From positions 288,001 through 352,000 of the forward strand of contig JBGPIA010000002.1 in assembly GCA_041484665.1 (NCBI GenBank): a stretch of 64,000 nucleotides of DNA, in the 5' to 3' direction. The notes under the pieces are model-generated. The model saw nothing but the letters and a program-made list of their open reading frames with translations, was not told where the DNA came from and made no database searches. A program made the translations under genes and the position numbers. The stretch comes from Candidatus Krumholzibacteriia bacterium (GTDB lineage Bacteria > Krumholzibacteriota > Krumholzibacteriia > JAJRXK01). Shown here in pieces: positions 18,707 through 28,329 of the stretch (the first letter of the stretch is position 1; each line of letters starts with the position of its first letter).

Positions 18707-20989
18707 TCAGCGCACCAGCACCATCCGCTGGGCTCCGCCGGCGCTCGTCCGGCCGTCGTCGGCGCGAAAGTGAGCGTAGTAGACACCGCTCGCCGCGTCC
18801 GCCCCACGCGCATCGCGGCCATCCCAGCGCAGCGCGTGCTCCCCGGCCGCCCACAGCGCGCCGTCGCTCAAGGTGCACACGGTCCGCCCGGCGGCGTCGA
18901 CCACGCGCAGCTCGACGCGCGCCGGGCGGCGCAGCGTCAGCGCGAGCACGACCGCCGGATTGAACGGATTGGGGCGCGGCACCGCAAGGGTGGCCCAGGG
19001 CAAGAGCGGCGCCGCAACGTCCAGACGGGCCAGCTCCACGCCCTGCGACAGCAACCGGATCGCCACGGCGCCGTCGGGCAGAGACTCACGTCCCAGCAGC
19101 AGCGCTTCGCCGCGCAACTCGCGCAACAGCTGCCAGCCCGCAGGACCCGCGGCTCGCCACTGCAGCTCGGCGTGCAGGGCAAGCCCTCGGGGGACGTCCC
19201 AGACCACCCACCCCGCGTCGAGGCGAAGCGCCGCCTCGCGCACGGCGGTGCCGGTCGCCGGGTGGAACACGAACCCGTCGCTGCTGCGCACGTGCCCCTG
19301 GGGATCCTGGGCGAGCACTCGCCAGGCGATCGTGGGCCCCGGGAAGGCAGCGATCGCCCGCGCGGTGTCCGTCCCAGCCGGCCACAGCGCCAGCGTGTCG
19401 GCGAACGCCAGCGAGCTGGCGGCGTGGACCGTGTAGGTCACGGCGCTTTGGGTCTGCAGATCGACGGCGATGTGCCAGCGAAACGTCTCGGGCCCGCCCG
19501 CTCCGTGCGCGCTGTCGGCCGGAGCCAGGAGCGAGAACGGCAGCGGCCACTGCGGCGCAGCAACAGTGAAGCACGCGTCGTACGCCTGCAGGATGCCCCA
19601 ACCCAGGGTGTTGTCCGGCGAGGCGTGCTGGGTGGCCGTTGCGCGCAGCGCGCTGCCCACCTGGACCGGGTTCCACTCCGGATGCGCCTCCAGCAGCAAC
19701 GCCGCCGCGCCGGCCGCCAGCGGAGTCGCCAGCGACGTGCCGCTGGCGTCACCGTAGCCGCCCGCGGCGCGGGCCCAGCGCGTGGTCACGCCGCGCGCGC
19801 ACAGGTCGGGCTTGATGCGCCCGTCGGCCGTCGGCCCGCGGCTGCTGAAGTTGGCGATCGCTCCGTCGACATCCACCGCACCGATGGAGAGCACGCTGTC
19901 GCCGTCGGCCGGCGTGCCCAGCGACGTCGCCCCCGGACCGGCATTGCCCATGGCGCAGATGGACACCACGCCGAGCGCGACCGCGGCGTCCATCGCGCGC
20001 GTCGTCTTTCCCGTGTTGCCGTCGAGCTGGCTAGGCGTGTAACCCGTGCTGTCGTCGAAGGCGCTGTAACTGAGGGAGGCCGTGGCAACGTCGGCACCCA
20101 GTGCCTCTCCCCACTCCAGGCCCGCCACGAAATGGTCCTCTTCGCTGCGGACCTCGGCAGGAACGTACTCGGTCTTGGCCAGCAGCACGCTGGCGCCATA
20201 GGCGGGCCCGATCAGCTCGCCCAAAGCGTCGCCCGCGACCACCGCCAGCACGCCTGTCCCGTGGTTGTGCTGCCCGGGCACGTCGGCGGCCTCGTCGGCG
20301 GTCTGGCCGTCGTTGAAGACGAAGTCGTACTGGGCGCGCACGTCCAGGCGCGTGAACGCCTCGTGCGCGATGCGAAAGCCGGTGTCCAGAACCAGCACCG
20401 TCACTCCCCGCCCACTGAGCCCGGCGGCGTGGAGCCGGTCGATCTGGATCTGGGTGAGCTGGGCCGCAGCGAGACCGTAGTCGAGCCCGGCGACGCTCGC
20501 TCCCGCCAGTTGCGGCCGGGCCGTCACCGGGAGCTCTTTTGGCAGGCGCGCGCGCAGGCGCGCCACAGGCCGCAGCGCCGCCGCCCCGAAGCGTGCGCGC
20601 AGGGCGGCCTGCGCGCCGGGCGTCAGCTCCAGGCTGACGGCGGAGAGCCAACGGCTCACGTGCCGGACGTGCGACGCGTACGGTAGCACCGAGCGCAACG
20701 CGGCCGGATCCGGCCCACGGGAGAGCTCTTCGATGCGCCGCGCATCGCCGCGCAGATCGCGCCGGCGCAGCGCCTGCGCGGTGGGCACGGGCGGGTAGGG
20801 CAGATCGCGCGGCTCGGGGTCTCCGGGGCGCGCGCGGGGCAGATCGAGCCAGAACGCGCGAGGCGCGGGCGCGTCTGCAGCCGCGGCGCCAACCGTGCGC
20901 GCAGGTGAGCGCGCCGCAAAGGACAGCAGCACGACGAACACTAAGAGCAGCGTTGCGGCCGGCAGCCGCCTAGGCGGGGTTGGCCGCAT
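18707..20989 (-). CDS. Secreted S8 (subtilisin-like) serine peptidase with C-terminal FlgD-Ig/T9SS-like sorting domain
   Basis: Signal peptide. Catalytic triad motifs VLDTG, HGTGV and GTSLATP. C-terminal PNPFNP...WDGRD..G...ASGVY. Confidence 0.9.
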   Translation of the reverse strand: MRPTPPRRLPAATLLLVFVVLLSFAARSPARTVGAAAADAPAPRAFWLDLPRARPGDPEPRDLPYPPVPTAQALRRRDLRGDARRIEELSRGPDPAALRSVLPYASHVRHVSRWLSAVSLELTPGAQAALRARFGAAALRPVARLRARLPKELPVTARPQLAGASVAGLDYGLAAAQLTQIQIDRLHAAGLSGRGVTVLVLDTGFRIAHEAFTRLDVRAQYDFVFNDGQTADEAADVPGQHNHGTGVLAVVAGDALGELIGPAYGASVLLAKTEYVPAEVRSEEDHFVAGLEWGEALGADVATASLSYSAFDDSTGYTPSQLDGNTGKTTRAMDAAVALGVVSICAMGNAGPGATSLGTPADGDSVLSIGAVDVDGAIANFSSRGPTADGRIKPDLCARGVTTRWARAAGGYGDASGTSLATPLAAGAAALLLEAHPEWNPVQVGSALRATATQHASPDNTLGWGILQAYDACFTVAAPQWPLPFSLLAPADSAHGAGGPETFRWHIAVDLQTQSAVTYTVHAASSLAFADTLALWPAGTDTARAIAAFPGPTIAWRVLAQDPQGHVRSSDGFVFHPATGTAVREAALRLDAGWVVWDVPRGLALHAELQWRAAGPAGWQLLRELRGEALLLGRESLPDGAVAIRLLSQGVELARLDVAAPLLPWATLAVPRPNPFNPAVVLALTLRRPARVELRVVDAAGRTVCTLSDGALWAAGEHALRWDGRDARGADAASGVYYAHFRADDGRTSAGGAQRMVLVR

Positions 20990-21296
20990 GCTGGAGCCCC
21001 CGACGTTCGAGGATCATTCCGAGGGCGCGACGATTGGCCCGCGGCCGATGCAGCGTCCCGGCGGGCACCAGGAACGCGTCGCCTTGGCGCAGGACGTACG
21101 ACTGGCCGTCCACCTCCATGATTAGCTCCCCCTCGAGCACGTAGATGAACTCGTCGGCCGAGTGGCTGTGCTCGACGTAGGCTCCGTTGTAGGCCACCAC
21201 GAACACGTGGTAGCCCCCATCGATGGAGCACAGGTCATGGGGACGGAAGGTGCCCTCGAGATTGCGCGCGACGCGCAGGGCGGGGATTTTCGGCAT
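20970..21296 (-). CDS. Cupin domain protein
   Basis: H.H..DEFIYVLEG and GD...VP.G..H motifs. Confidence 0.85.
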   Translation of the reverse strand: MPKIPALRVARNLEGTFRPHDLCSIDGGYHVFVVAYNGAYVEHSHSADEFIYVLEGELIMEVDGQSYVLRQGDAFLVPAGTLHRPRANRRALGMILERRGLQHAANPA

Positions 21297-21315
21297 GGTG
21301 GGGCGCAGCGTCGCG

Positions 21316-22359
21316 TCAGGGGCTGCTCCCCAGCGCGCTCAGCTTGTGCTCGGCGATGGCCGCCTCGTCGGTTCCTGGATGTTCGTGGCGGAGCTTGCGG
21401 AACGCTTCGATCGCCTGCTCCTGCTCGCCGAGCTCGAGATGGCAGTACCCGGTCTTCAGCAGGCCAGCGGCAAGTATATCACTGCTGGGATACTGCTGCA
21501 AAACCTGCATGAAGCGCGTCAGCGCCTCGCGGTACTTGCCCTGCGCGTACCACGTCTCACCCAGCCAGTAGGTGGCGTCGGCGGCGAGCTCGCTCTGCGG
21601 AAAGCGCCGCAGCACCTCTTCGAAGCCGTCGCGGGCGAGGGCGTAGCTGCCCCGGGCGAAGTCGCGCGTGGCGGCGTTGTAGACGGTCACCCCCGAAGAG
21701 CCTTCCGGGTCCGCCTTGACGATCTCCACGGGGATCGCGCCCGTATCGGACGGAGCGCTGGCAGTGCTTTGGGCCCCCGCCGGGCTTGCGGGGGCCGTGG
21801 CGCCCGCGGGGCCCGTGGCGCCCGCGTTCCCCGCCGGCGTCGGTTTGGGCGGGCTGGCGCGAGGCTCGGCCGGCGAGGACGGGGCGCTGCCGGCCGACGC
21901 CTGCTGTTTGCCTCCCTTGCTGGCGCCCGCGGGCGCTGCGCCTGCAGGGGAGGCGGGCGGCGAAGGGCTCGTGGCCTGGGGTGCCGGGCGCCCGGGCCCC
22001 GCGGGAGTCTGGCCGAGCAGGTCGACCCCCGCGCTCATGCGGCGCAGGAGCGCCTCCTGCTCCTCCGAGCGCGCGGCCAGCTGCTCGAGGGAGCGCTCCA
22101 GCGCTCCCAGACGCTGGAGCAGCTCCGCGCGCTTCTCGGTGTCCGTCGCCGCCTCGCTCTGCAACGCCTTGCGCAACTCGGCCACCTGCGAGGCCAGAGC
22201 CTGCTGCTGCTGGTCGAGGCGCGCGGTCGTTTGCGCGATCTCGTCGAGCTGCAGCTCCATGCGCCGCATCTGACCGGCGCATCCCGCCAGCAGCGGCAAC
22301 AGCGCCGCCACCGCGAGCGCTGCGCGCTTGCTGCCCCTGGTCGCCGCGGGCGCTCCCAC
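21316..22359 (-). CDS. cpoB: Tol-Pal system protein CpoB/YbgF
   Basis: Lipobox-like LAGC, coiled coil, Pro/Ala linker and TPR domain (A.YWLGE..Y). Follows pal. Confidence 0.85.
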   Translation of the reverse strand: MGAPAATRGSKRAALAVAALLPLLAGCAGQMRRMELQLDEIAQTTARLDQQQQALASQVAELRKALQSEAATDTEKRAELLQRLGALERSLEQLAARSEEQEALLRRMSAGVDLLGQTPAGPGRPAPQATSPSPPASPAGAAPAGASKGGKQQASAGSAPSSPAEPRASPPKPTPAGNAGATGPAGATAPASPAGAQSTASAPSDTGAIPVEIVKADPEGSSGVTVYNAATRDFARGSYALARDGFEEVLRRFPQSELAADATYWLGETWYAQGKYREALTRFMQVLQQYPSSDILAAGLLKTGYCHLELGEQEQAIEAFRKLRHEHPGTDEAAIAEHKLSALGSSP

Positions 22360-22363
22360 GGCG

Positions 22364-22951
22364 CTAGTGTCCCGTGCCTTGCGGCACGAACTGGGCGCGG
22401 CGATTCTGCGCCCAGGACGCTTCGTCGTGTCCCGGCGCGAAGGGCCGCGACTTGCCGTAGCTCACGACGTCCAAGTGCCCCGCGTCGACACCCAGGTCGG
22501 CGAGATACTGCTTCGCGCTACGCGCCCGCTTCTCCCCCAGCGCCAGGTTGTACTGCACGGTGCCGCGCTCATCGCAGTGCCCCTCGATCATGACGCGCAC
22601 GCCGGCCATCTCCTTCATGATGCGCCCGTTCTGGGCCAGCGTGCCCCGCGCCTCCTCGCTCAGATCATCCTTGTCGAAGTCGAAGAAGACCGGCTTGAGG
22701 CCGAGGTCGGCCGGACGGACCTCCTCCGCCTTGGGCCGCTCGTCGACCACGGGAATGTCGTTCTTGGGCACCTGCACGGGCGCCGGCGGCGCGGCCGGCT
22801 GCGTCACCGTCGGGTCGGTCTTGACCGGCTGTTTCTTCGAGCACCCGGCCAGCCCGAAGGCGGCCGCCAGGCCGGCGGCCAACAGCAGTCCCGCCCACAT
22901 GCGGCGGGTCGCCGCGGCGCCCCTTTTCACACGAACCACGTTTCGGCTCAT
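22364..22951 (-). CDS. pal: Peptidoglycan-associated lipoprotein
   Basis: LAGC lipobox, VFFDFD, IEGHCDERGT..YNLALGE.RA, SYGK.RP and NRR motifs. Confidence 0.95.
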   Translation of the reverse strand: MSRNVVRVKRGAAATRRMWAGLLLAAGLAAAFGLAGCSKKQPVKTDPTVTQPAAPPAPVQVPKNDIPVVDERPKAEEVRPADLGLKPVFFDFDKDDLSEEARGTLAQNGRIMKEMAGVRVMIEGHCDERGTVQYNLALGEKRARSAKQYLADLGVDAGHLDVVSYGKSRPFAPGHDEASWAQNRRAQFVPQGTGH

Positions 22952-23020
22952 CGTCTCTCCTTGATCTCGATCCATGGGTTCTTCGCTCCGAGACTCGTCG
23001 ACCGCTTCCATTGACTGCTT

Positions 23021-24451
23021 TCATTCGGACCCCAGCACCCGCGCCGTCGCGGCCGGCGGGCCGCCCCAGCTCGGGCCGGTGTCCTCCGCCCGCCCCCAGG
23101 TCAAGGGACGGGCCTCGCCCGACTCGACATCGATGACCCAGAGATTGGTGCTCCCCGACCGGTTGCTGCTGACCACAAGGTGCCGCCCGTCGGGCGCCCA
23201 GGACGGATCCTCGTTGTCGCGCTCCTGCGGGAAGGTGATCTGGTGCACATCGCTCCCATCGGGCTCCACGCTGAAGACCTGGAACTGGCCCTCCACGCGA
23301 CTGACGTAGGCGATGCGGTCGCCTTGCGGGGACCACGCTGCGCTGTCGTTGTACCGTCCGTCGAACGTGATCCGGCGCCGATTGGTCCCGTCGCGGTCCA
23401 TCACGTAGACCTGCGGGCTGCCGGTGCGGTCGCTGGTGAAGGCGATCTGCTGCCCGGTGGGGTCCCAGCACGGGCTGCACTCGATGGAGGGGTCGAAGGT
23501 CAGGCGCTGGATGATGTCGCCGTTGGGACGCACCCGATAGATCTCGGCGTTGCCGTCGCGAGAGAGGGTGACCGCCAGCTCAGTGCCGGCGGGCGACCAC
23601 GCCGCGCCCACATTGAGCCCGTCGAAATCGGCCACACGCGTGCTGCGGCCGGTCGCCGTGTCCAGGACGAGCAAGCGCTGCCGGCCGCGGAAGTAGGACG
23701 TGTAGGCGATGCGGGCCAGGTCGGGCGACCAGCGCGGCGTCAAATTGAGGCTGGCATTGCGCGTGACCTGGCGGATGTTCTCACCGTCGTAATCCACCAG
23801 GTAGAGCTCGCGCACCTCGCCGCTGCCGCGGCTGAAGAGGACTCGCGTCTGAGCGATCCCTGGCTCCCCGGTGAGCTGCAGCACCACCTCGTCGGCAAAG
23901 TGGTGCGCGCTGCGCATGGCATCGGCCAGATCGACGGTGTACCGCTTGCCTGCTTTCTGGATCACGCCGCCGGGCTCCAGCAGCCTTCCCGTCCAGACCA
24001 TCCGTGCCGGATCGTCCCCTTCCAGCCTCAGGGCGACGACGAACGCCTCGGCGGTCCCCGACGCGTCCCCCGGGTCGCCGGCCGCCGCGCGCCCGCGCGG
24101 CGAGGCCACGCCATCGGGGAGCGGCTCGGCGACGGCGATCAGCCCCGTGTAGTGGAGGTCGCGCACGACGCGCTCGGCCAGCTGCCTGGCTCCGTCCCGC
24201 GCCCGCGGCTCGCGGCTGTCCACCTCCAGCGGCGCGAGCTGCACGCGCACCTTCTGCAGGGCGCGCCGCTCCACCCCCAGCCGGATCGCGTCGCCCGCCG
24301 GCCGGGCCTGCGCGGGCGCGGCCGCGCACAGGAGGCACGCCGCGGCGAGCATCCGCGCCGCGCGCGGGTCGCCGCCGACGTTCTGCCACGGTCGTCTCAA
24401 CGTCTCTCCTCTGGCGCTGCGCGGCGCGCGATCGCGCGCCGCGCGGGCCAT
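23021..24451 (-). CDS. tolB: Tol-Pal beta-propeller protein TolB (start may be ATG 24352)
   Basis: AH.FADE...LTG..G, then repeated P.WSP.G..IAF.S PD40 blades. Confidence 0.92.
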   Translation of the reverse strand: MARAARDRAPRSARGETLRRPWQNVGGDPRAARMLAAACLLCAAAPAQARPAGDAIRLGVERRALQKVRVQLAPLEVDSREPRARDGARQLAERVVRDLHYTGLIAVAEPLPDGVASPRGRAAAGDPGDASGTAEAFVVALRLEGDDPARMVWTGRLLEPGGVIQKAGKRYTVDLADAMRSAHHFADEVVLQLTGEPGIAQTRVLFSRGSGEVRELYLVDYDGENIRQVTRNASLNLTPRWSPDLARIAYTSYFRGRQRLLVLDTATGRSTRVADFDGLNVGAAWSPAGTELAVTLSRDGNAEIYRVRPNGDIIQRLTFDPSIECSPCWDPTGQQIAFTSDRTGSPQVYVMDRDGTNRRRITFDGRYNDSAAWSPQGDRIAYVSRVEGQFQVFSVEPDGSDVHQITFPQERDNEDPSWAPDGRHLVVSSNRSGSTNLWVIDVESGEARPLTWGRAEDTGPSWGGPPAATARVLGSE

Positions 24452-24476
24452 GCCTCGTTCGCGCCGCGCGCGTGCG

Positions 24477-25268
24477 CTAGGGCCGATACGTGAACGTGAA
24501 CAGGATGCTCAGCCCGCCGGCGCGGAAACGCATCGGCGGCGGTGGCATCGGGCTCGACTCCGTCACGGCGCGCAGGGCTTCGCGGTCGAACACCGAGAGC
24601 TCGCTGCTCTGGACAATCGCCACATCCAACACCTCTCCGCCGGGTCCGATGCGGAAGCCCACGACGGCCTCGGCGAACGTGCGCCCGGACGCGCTCGCCG
24701 AGCTGGGCTGCCAGCGCCGGCCGATCTTGGTCTGCACCAGGCCCAGGTATGCGTCGCCGGCGCCCGACTCGCCGCGCGCCATCACACTGCCGGCGCCTCC
24801 GACCGGCTGGGCCGCCGGCCCCGTCAGGTCGGCGCTCGCTGTGGCGGCGTCCGGCGCGGGTGCGCCCGGCTGCGCTTGCGCGTCTGGTGCCGGCGCGCTC
24901 TCCTGCGTCCCCGCCGGCTGGGGCTGCGGCGGCGGTGCCTGCTCGGCCGGCTTCTGCGCTGCCTCCGCCTTCGTCACCGGCTTCACCGGCCTGACCTCCT
25001 TCTTCTTGGGCGCAGGCTCGACGGGCTTGGGTGGGGTGGGCGTGGCGGCCGCGGGCTTGGGCTCGGACGGGGGCGCGGGCACCGCGACGGCCTTGGCCGA
25101 GGGCGCGGCGCCGGGCGAGCGGCCCAGCGGCAGGCTTGCCAGGCTCACGCGGATGGTCGTGAGGTCTTCGGGCGGCGGCGGCCGCGAGAGCGCCAGCGAT
25201 ACCGTCGCCAGCAGCGTCAGCGCCAGCGCATGCCCGGCGCAGGAGAAAAGCAGAGAGGTCGCTCTCAT
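24477..25268 (-). CDS. tolA: TolA/TonB family protein
   Basis: N-terminal TM helix with S...H motif, Pro-rich linker and TonB_2 C-domain (I.R.W, SS....FD..ALRA). Confidence 0.75.
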   Translation of the reverse strand: MRATSLLFSCAGHALALTLLATVSLALSRPPPPEDLTTIRVSLASLPLGRSPGAAPSAKAVAVPAPPSEPKPAAATPTPPKPVEPAPKKKEVRPVKPVTKAEAAQKPAEQAPPPQPQPAGTQESAPAPDAQAQPGAPAPDAATASADLTGPAAQPVGGAGSVMARGESGAGDAYLGLVQTKIGRRWQPSSASASGRTFAEAVVGFRIGPGGEVLDVAIVQSSELSVFDREALRAVTESSPMPPPPMRFRAGGLSILFTFTYRP

Positions 25269-25292
25269 AACTGAAGCGTTCGCCCGCGGCGG

Positions 25293-25727
25293 TCAGCGCT
25301 CCTCCTGGGTGTCCACGACCAGGCTGAGACCCTCCACACCCGCGCTCTTCACGCTGCCCATCACGCGCACCACGAAGCCGTAGGGCACTTCCTCGTCGCT
25401 GCGCAGGAACACCGGGCGGGGATCGCCGGCGGGATGGATCTCCTTGAGGACGTCGGGAAGCTGCGCCAGCGCCACGGGATCGTTGTCCAGGTAGACGCGG
25501 CGTTGCTTGTCGAGGGTGATGATCACGCCCTCCAGCGTCGCCTTCGAGGTCGTGCGCGTGTGCGGAAGGGCGACCTCGATGTTCCCCTGCAGGAAGGGCG
25601 CGGTGAGCATGAAGATGATGAGCAACACCAGCATGACGTCCACCAGGGGCGTCACGTTGATCTCGGCCAGGCTGACGTACTGGGAGCGGCTCCCGCGGGG
25701 CGCGCCGCCTCGGAACAGCCCCATCAT
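25293..25727 (-). CDS. tolR: TolR/ExbD
   Basis: EINVTPLVDVMLVLLIIFM.TAP and D..VPYG motifs. Confidence 0.9.
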   Translation of the reverse strand: MMGLFRGGAPRGSRSQYVSLAEINVTPLVDVMLVLLIIFMLTAPFLQGNIEVALPHTRTTSKATLEGVIITLDKQRRVYLDNDPVALAQLPDVLKEIHPAGDPRPVFLRSDEEVPYGFVVRVMGSVKSAGVEGLSLVVDTQEER

Positions 25728-26482
25728 GGGCGCGACCTCCCTTGCTGGAAGGCGGACGGCACGACATCCTCGCGCAGCTCCTCGCGCACCAGCAGATCGG
25801 TGAGCAACGAGCCCAGCTGCTGCAGGTCGTTGTCCTGCTGCTTCAGCCGCTGCACGAAATAGTTGTAGGCCACGGCAGCGGGGATGGCGACCGCCAGGCC
25901 GGCCACGGTGTTCACCAGCGCCTCGGCGATCCCCGGGCCCACCGCCTGCAGCGACGCCGAGCCCTGGTGGCCGATCTCCAGGAAGCTGATCAGGATGCCG
26001 TACACCGTTCCCAAGAGCCCCACGAACGGAGCGATGGACGTGAAGGTGGCCAGCCAGCTCACGCCGCGCTCCAGGCGGGCCATCTCGTCGGCGGCGACGC
26101 GGTCCACGCCGCGCGCGAGCATCTCCTCGAAGGTTCGCAGCTTCCCCTCGCCACCGCGCTGCGCGACATAGGGCGGCCAGAACTCCCGGCTGAACCAGGT
26201 GAAGGTGACCGCTAGCGGCGAATCGCGGCGCTGCTCCGCCCATCCGGCGAGGCGCCGCATGGCAGCGGCGTCCTCCCGTCCGGCGTGGAATTGCTCCCAG
26301 AAGCGGACGTTGCCGCGGGCCGCCTTCGACAGGCGGCGGGCGCGGTCCACCACCAGCGCCCACGAGAGCACCGACATCACGAACAGCACAAGCATGATCA
26401 CCTTGCCCAGCAAGGTGCTGCCGGAGATCAGCTCGCCCACGTCACCCATCAGCCCGGCCGGCCAAAGATTCGGCATCGGCAT
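25724..26482 (-). CDS. tolQ: TolQ/ExbB proton channel
   Basis: APFVGLLGTV.GI...F and PGIAEAL..T..GL..AIPA motifs. GGAGGAG RBS. Confidence 0.9.
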   Translation of the reverse strand: MPMPNLWPAGLMGDVGELISGSTLLGKVIMLVLFVMSVLSWALVVDRARRLSKAARGNVRFWEQFHAGREDAAAMRRLAGWAEQRRDSPLAVTFTWFSREFWPPYVAQRGGEGKLRTFEEMLARGVDRVAADEMARLERGVSWLATFTSIAPFVGLLGTVYGILISFLEIGHQGSASLQAVGPGIAEALVNTVAGLAVAIPAAVAYNYFVQRLKQQDNDLQQLGSLLTDLLVREELREDVVPSAFQQGRSRP

Positions 26483-26812
26483 CGTGACTCCTCCAGCGCG
26501 CGCCTGCACCTCGAGTCGGCTGTGATCCTTCAGCCCCCGGGGCCGGGGGCGCCTTCCGCGACCAAGGCGGTCGCGATCCTGCGCGGGCCCGCCCTCACGG
26601 GCGGGGACGGAGACGGCTGGCGGGTGGGGGCCGCTCCGTGGCGACGGCTCTCAGCGATCAGGGGATGCCTGGGCTCCGGCGCGGGACGGGCCACAGGCAA
26701 GCGCCCACCCTACACGACCCCGCTGGCGGCCGGTCAAGGGAAACCTTCCCGGCAAACCACTTCCCGGCGGCGCCGGTCCCGCTCGCCCGGCCGGCGGCGC
26801 CCGACGCGGCGC

Positions 26813-27343
26813 TCAGCGCAGCGGAGGATCCGCAAACCGTACGTCGCCGCTGCGTCCCCCCGACTTGGCGCACAACCAGATCGGCCCGATGACCATCCCC
26901 CGGTCCGCGGCCTTGAGCATGTCGTAGACACACAGAAGCGCCGCGCTGCAGGCTGTCAAGGCCTCCATCTCGACCCCGGTGCGCCCGTGCAGTCCGACCT
27001 CCACCTGCACTTCCAGGACGCGCTGTCGCGGACGGCGGGTCCAACGCACCTCCACGGCTTCCACGGGCAGCTGGTGCGCGAGCGGGATCCACTCCCCCGT
27101 CTTCTTGGCGGCCGTCACGGCGGCCACCTGCGCCACGGACAGCGGGTCACCTTTGCCGGTGCCGCCGCGCCCGCGCAGTGCCTTCCAGCCGGCGGTCGAG
27201 AGGGACAGGCGTCCGCGCGCCACGGCCCGGCGGGCGGTCGTCTCTTTCGCCGAGACGTCCACCATCCGCGGCCGCCCGCGCACATCGAGATGGGTCAGCG
27301 CCCCGCCACCGCCGCGGCGCGCAACGCCCTTGGTCTGCACCAT
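26813..27343 (-). CDS. moaC: Cyclic pyranopterin monophosphate synthase
   Basis: LTHLD..G...MVDVS.K, AAK.T...IPL.H, TGVEMEAL and YDM.KA motifs. Confidence 0.95.
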   Translation of the reverse strand: MVQTKGVARRGGGGALTHLDVRGRPRMVDVSAKETTARRAVARGRLSLSTAGWKALRGRGGTGKGDPLSVAQVAAVTAAKKTGEWIPLAHQLPVEAVEVRWTRRPRQRVLEVQVEVGLHGRTGVEMEALTACSAALLCVYDMLKAADRGMVIGPIWLCAKSGGRSGDVRFADPPLR

Positions 27344-27543
27344 GGAAGATCCTCCGCCGGCGCATCATGCCCGCGAGGGCGGCGCGCGTCCAGGGGTGAC
27401 GCGGGTCGCGCACGCCCTCGAGCGCAGGCATGACGCGCCCGCCCCGGCGCGCGCGCATTGGGGACGCGAGCCGCGCGGGCGCTCGCGAGCACGGCGGCCG
27501 CGTGCCCGGGCCCGGCACGCGCTCGCGCAAGCGCGTGTGGAGC

Positions 27544-28329
27544 TCAGAAGCTGTAGACGCAGCGCAGGCCCCAGCTGTGCGCGTGCCCCTCGCCCACGAT
27601 GTCGCGGCTCAAGCTCAGGCCGCCCGCTCCGGTGACCTGCTTCTGATAGCTCTGGATCGAGTAGCGGTATTCCAGCGCGAGGGCGAAGTGGCGCGAGACG
27701 AAGCCCTCCAGCCCGCCCCCCACGTCCACCTGCCCACCACGCAGCGAGGCCTCCTCCAGCTGCGTCCCCTGCAGCGCCACCACCACGCCTCCCAGCCCGC
27801 CCGCCACGTAGGGCTGCAGGCGGCTGCCTTCGGAGAGGTGGGCGACGGCATCGAGCGTGAGTTGCGCGCAGCCGGCGTCGATCCCGGACTGGTCGGTCCC
27901 GTAGCGCGTCCCGAGCAGGGAGAGCTCCAACGCGAAGGCCGTGGAGAACGCGTAGCCGGCCGACACCTGCACGCCGGATCCGATTGGATCGAGGCGCACG
28001 CCGGTCACGGGGAGGTTACTGGCGTCGATATGGAGCGCGGCCGCGGCCAGCTGCAGCCCCACGTACCAGCCGGGGCGCGCCGTCGCGCCCCGGGCTTCGG
28101 ACAGCACCGTGGATTGAGCTGCGGACGTAGTTGAGGACGTAGTTGAGGACGCTTCCGCGGACCGCGTTGCGGACTGCGCCAGCGCGGTCCCCATGGGGAC
28201 CGCGCTGGCGGCGAGGCAACAGACCAGGGCCCAGGCCGTGGCTTTGCGCAGGCTGGCCTCGACCCTGCTCGCGCAGGGCGCGGCGCGGCGCGCGCGGGTC
28301 CGGCTACTGCTGTGCGACGGGTTCGCCAT
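27544..28329 (-). CDS. Outer-membrane beta-barrel protein (OmpA-membrane/OMP_b-brl type); start uncertain
   Basis: Signal-like stretch, GWYVG, G...GY.F, QPYV.GG.G, LEYRY and C-terminal aromatic YSF. Confidence 0.75.
   Translation of the reverse strand: MANPSHSSSRTRARRAAPCASRVEASLRKATAWALVCCLAASAVPMGTALAQSATRSAEASSTTSSTTSAAQSTVLSEARGATARPGWYVGLQLAAAALHIDASNLPVTGVRLDPIGSGVQVSAGYAFSTAFALELSLLGTRYGTDQSGIDAGCAQLTLDAVAHLSEGSRLQPYVAGGLGGVVVALQGTQLEEASLRGGQVDVGGGLEGFVSRHFALALEYRYSIQSYQKQVTGAGGLSLSRDIVGEGHAHSWGLRCVYSF

Noticed and set aside
27344..27543. Moco riboswitch upstream of moaC
   Set aside because: Only generic GC-rich hairpins. I could not identify the conserved riboswitch features by eye.
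28123..28150. 12-bp duplication GGACGTAGTTGA in the OMP gene
   Set aside because: An in-frame low-complexity Ser/Thr linker duplication with no evident significance.
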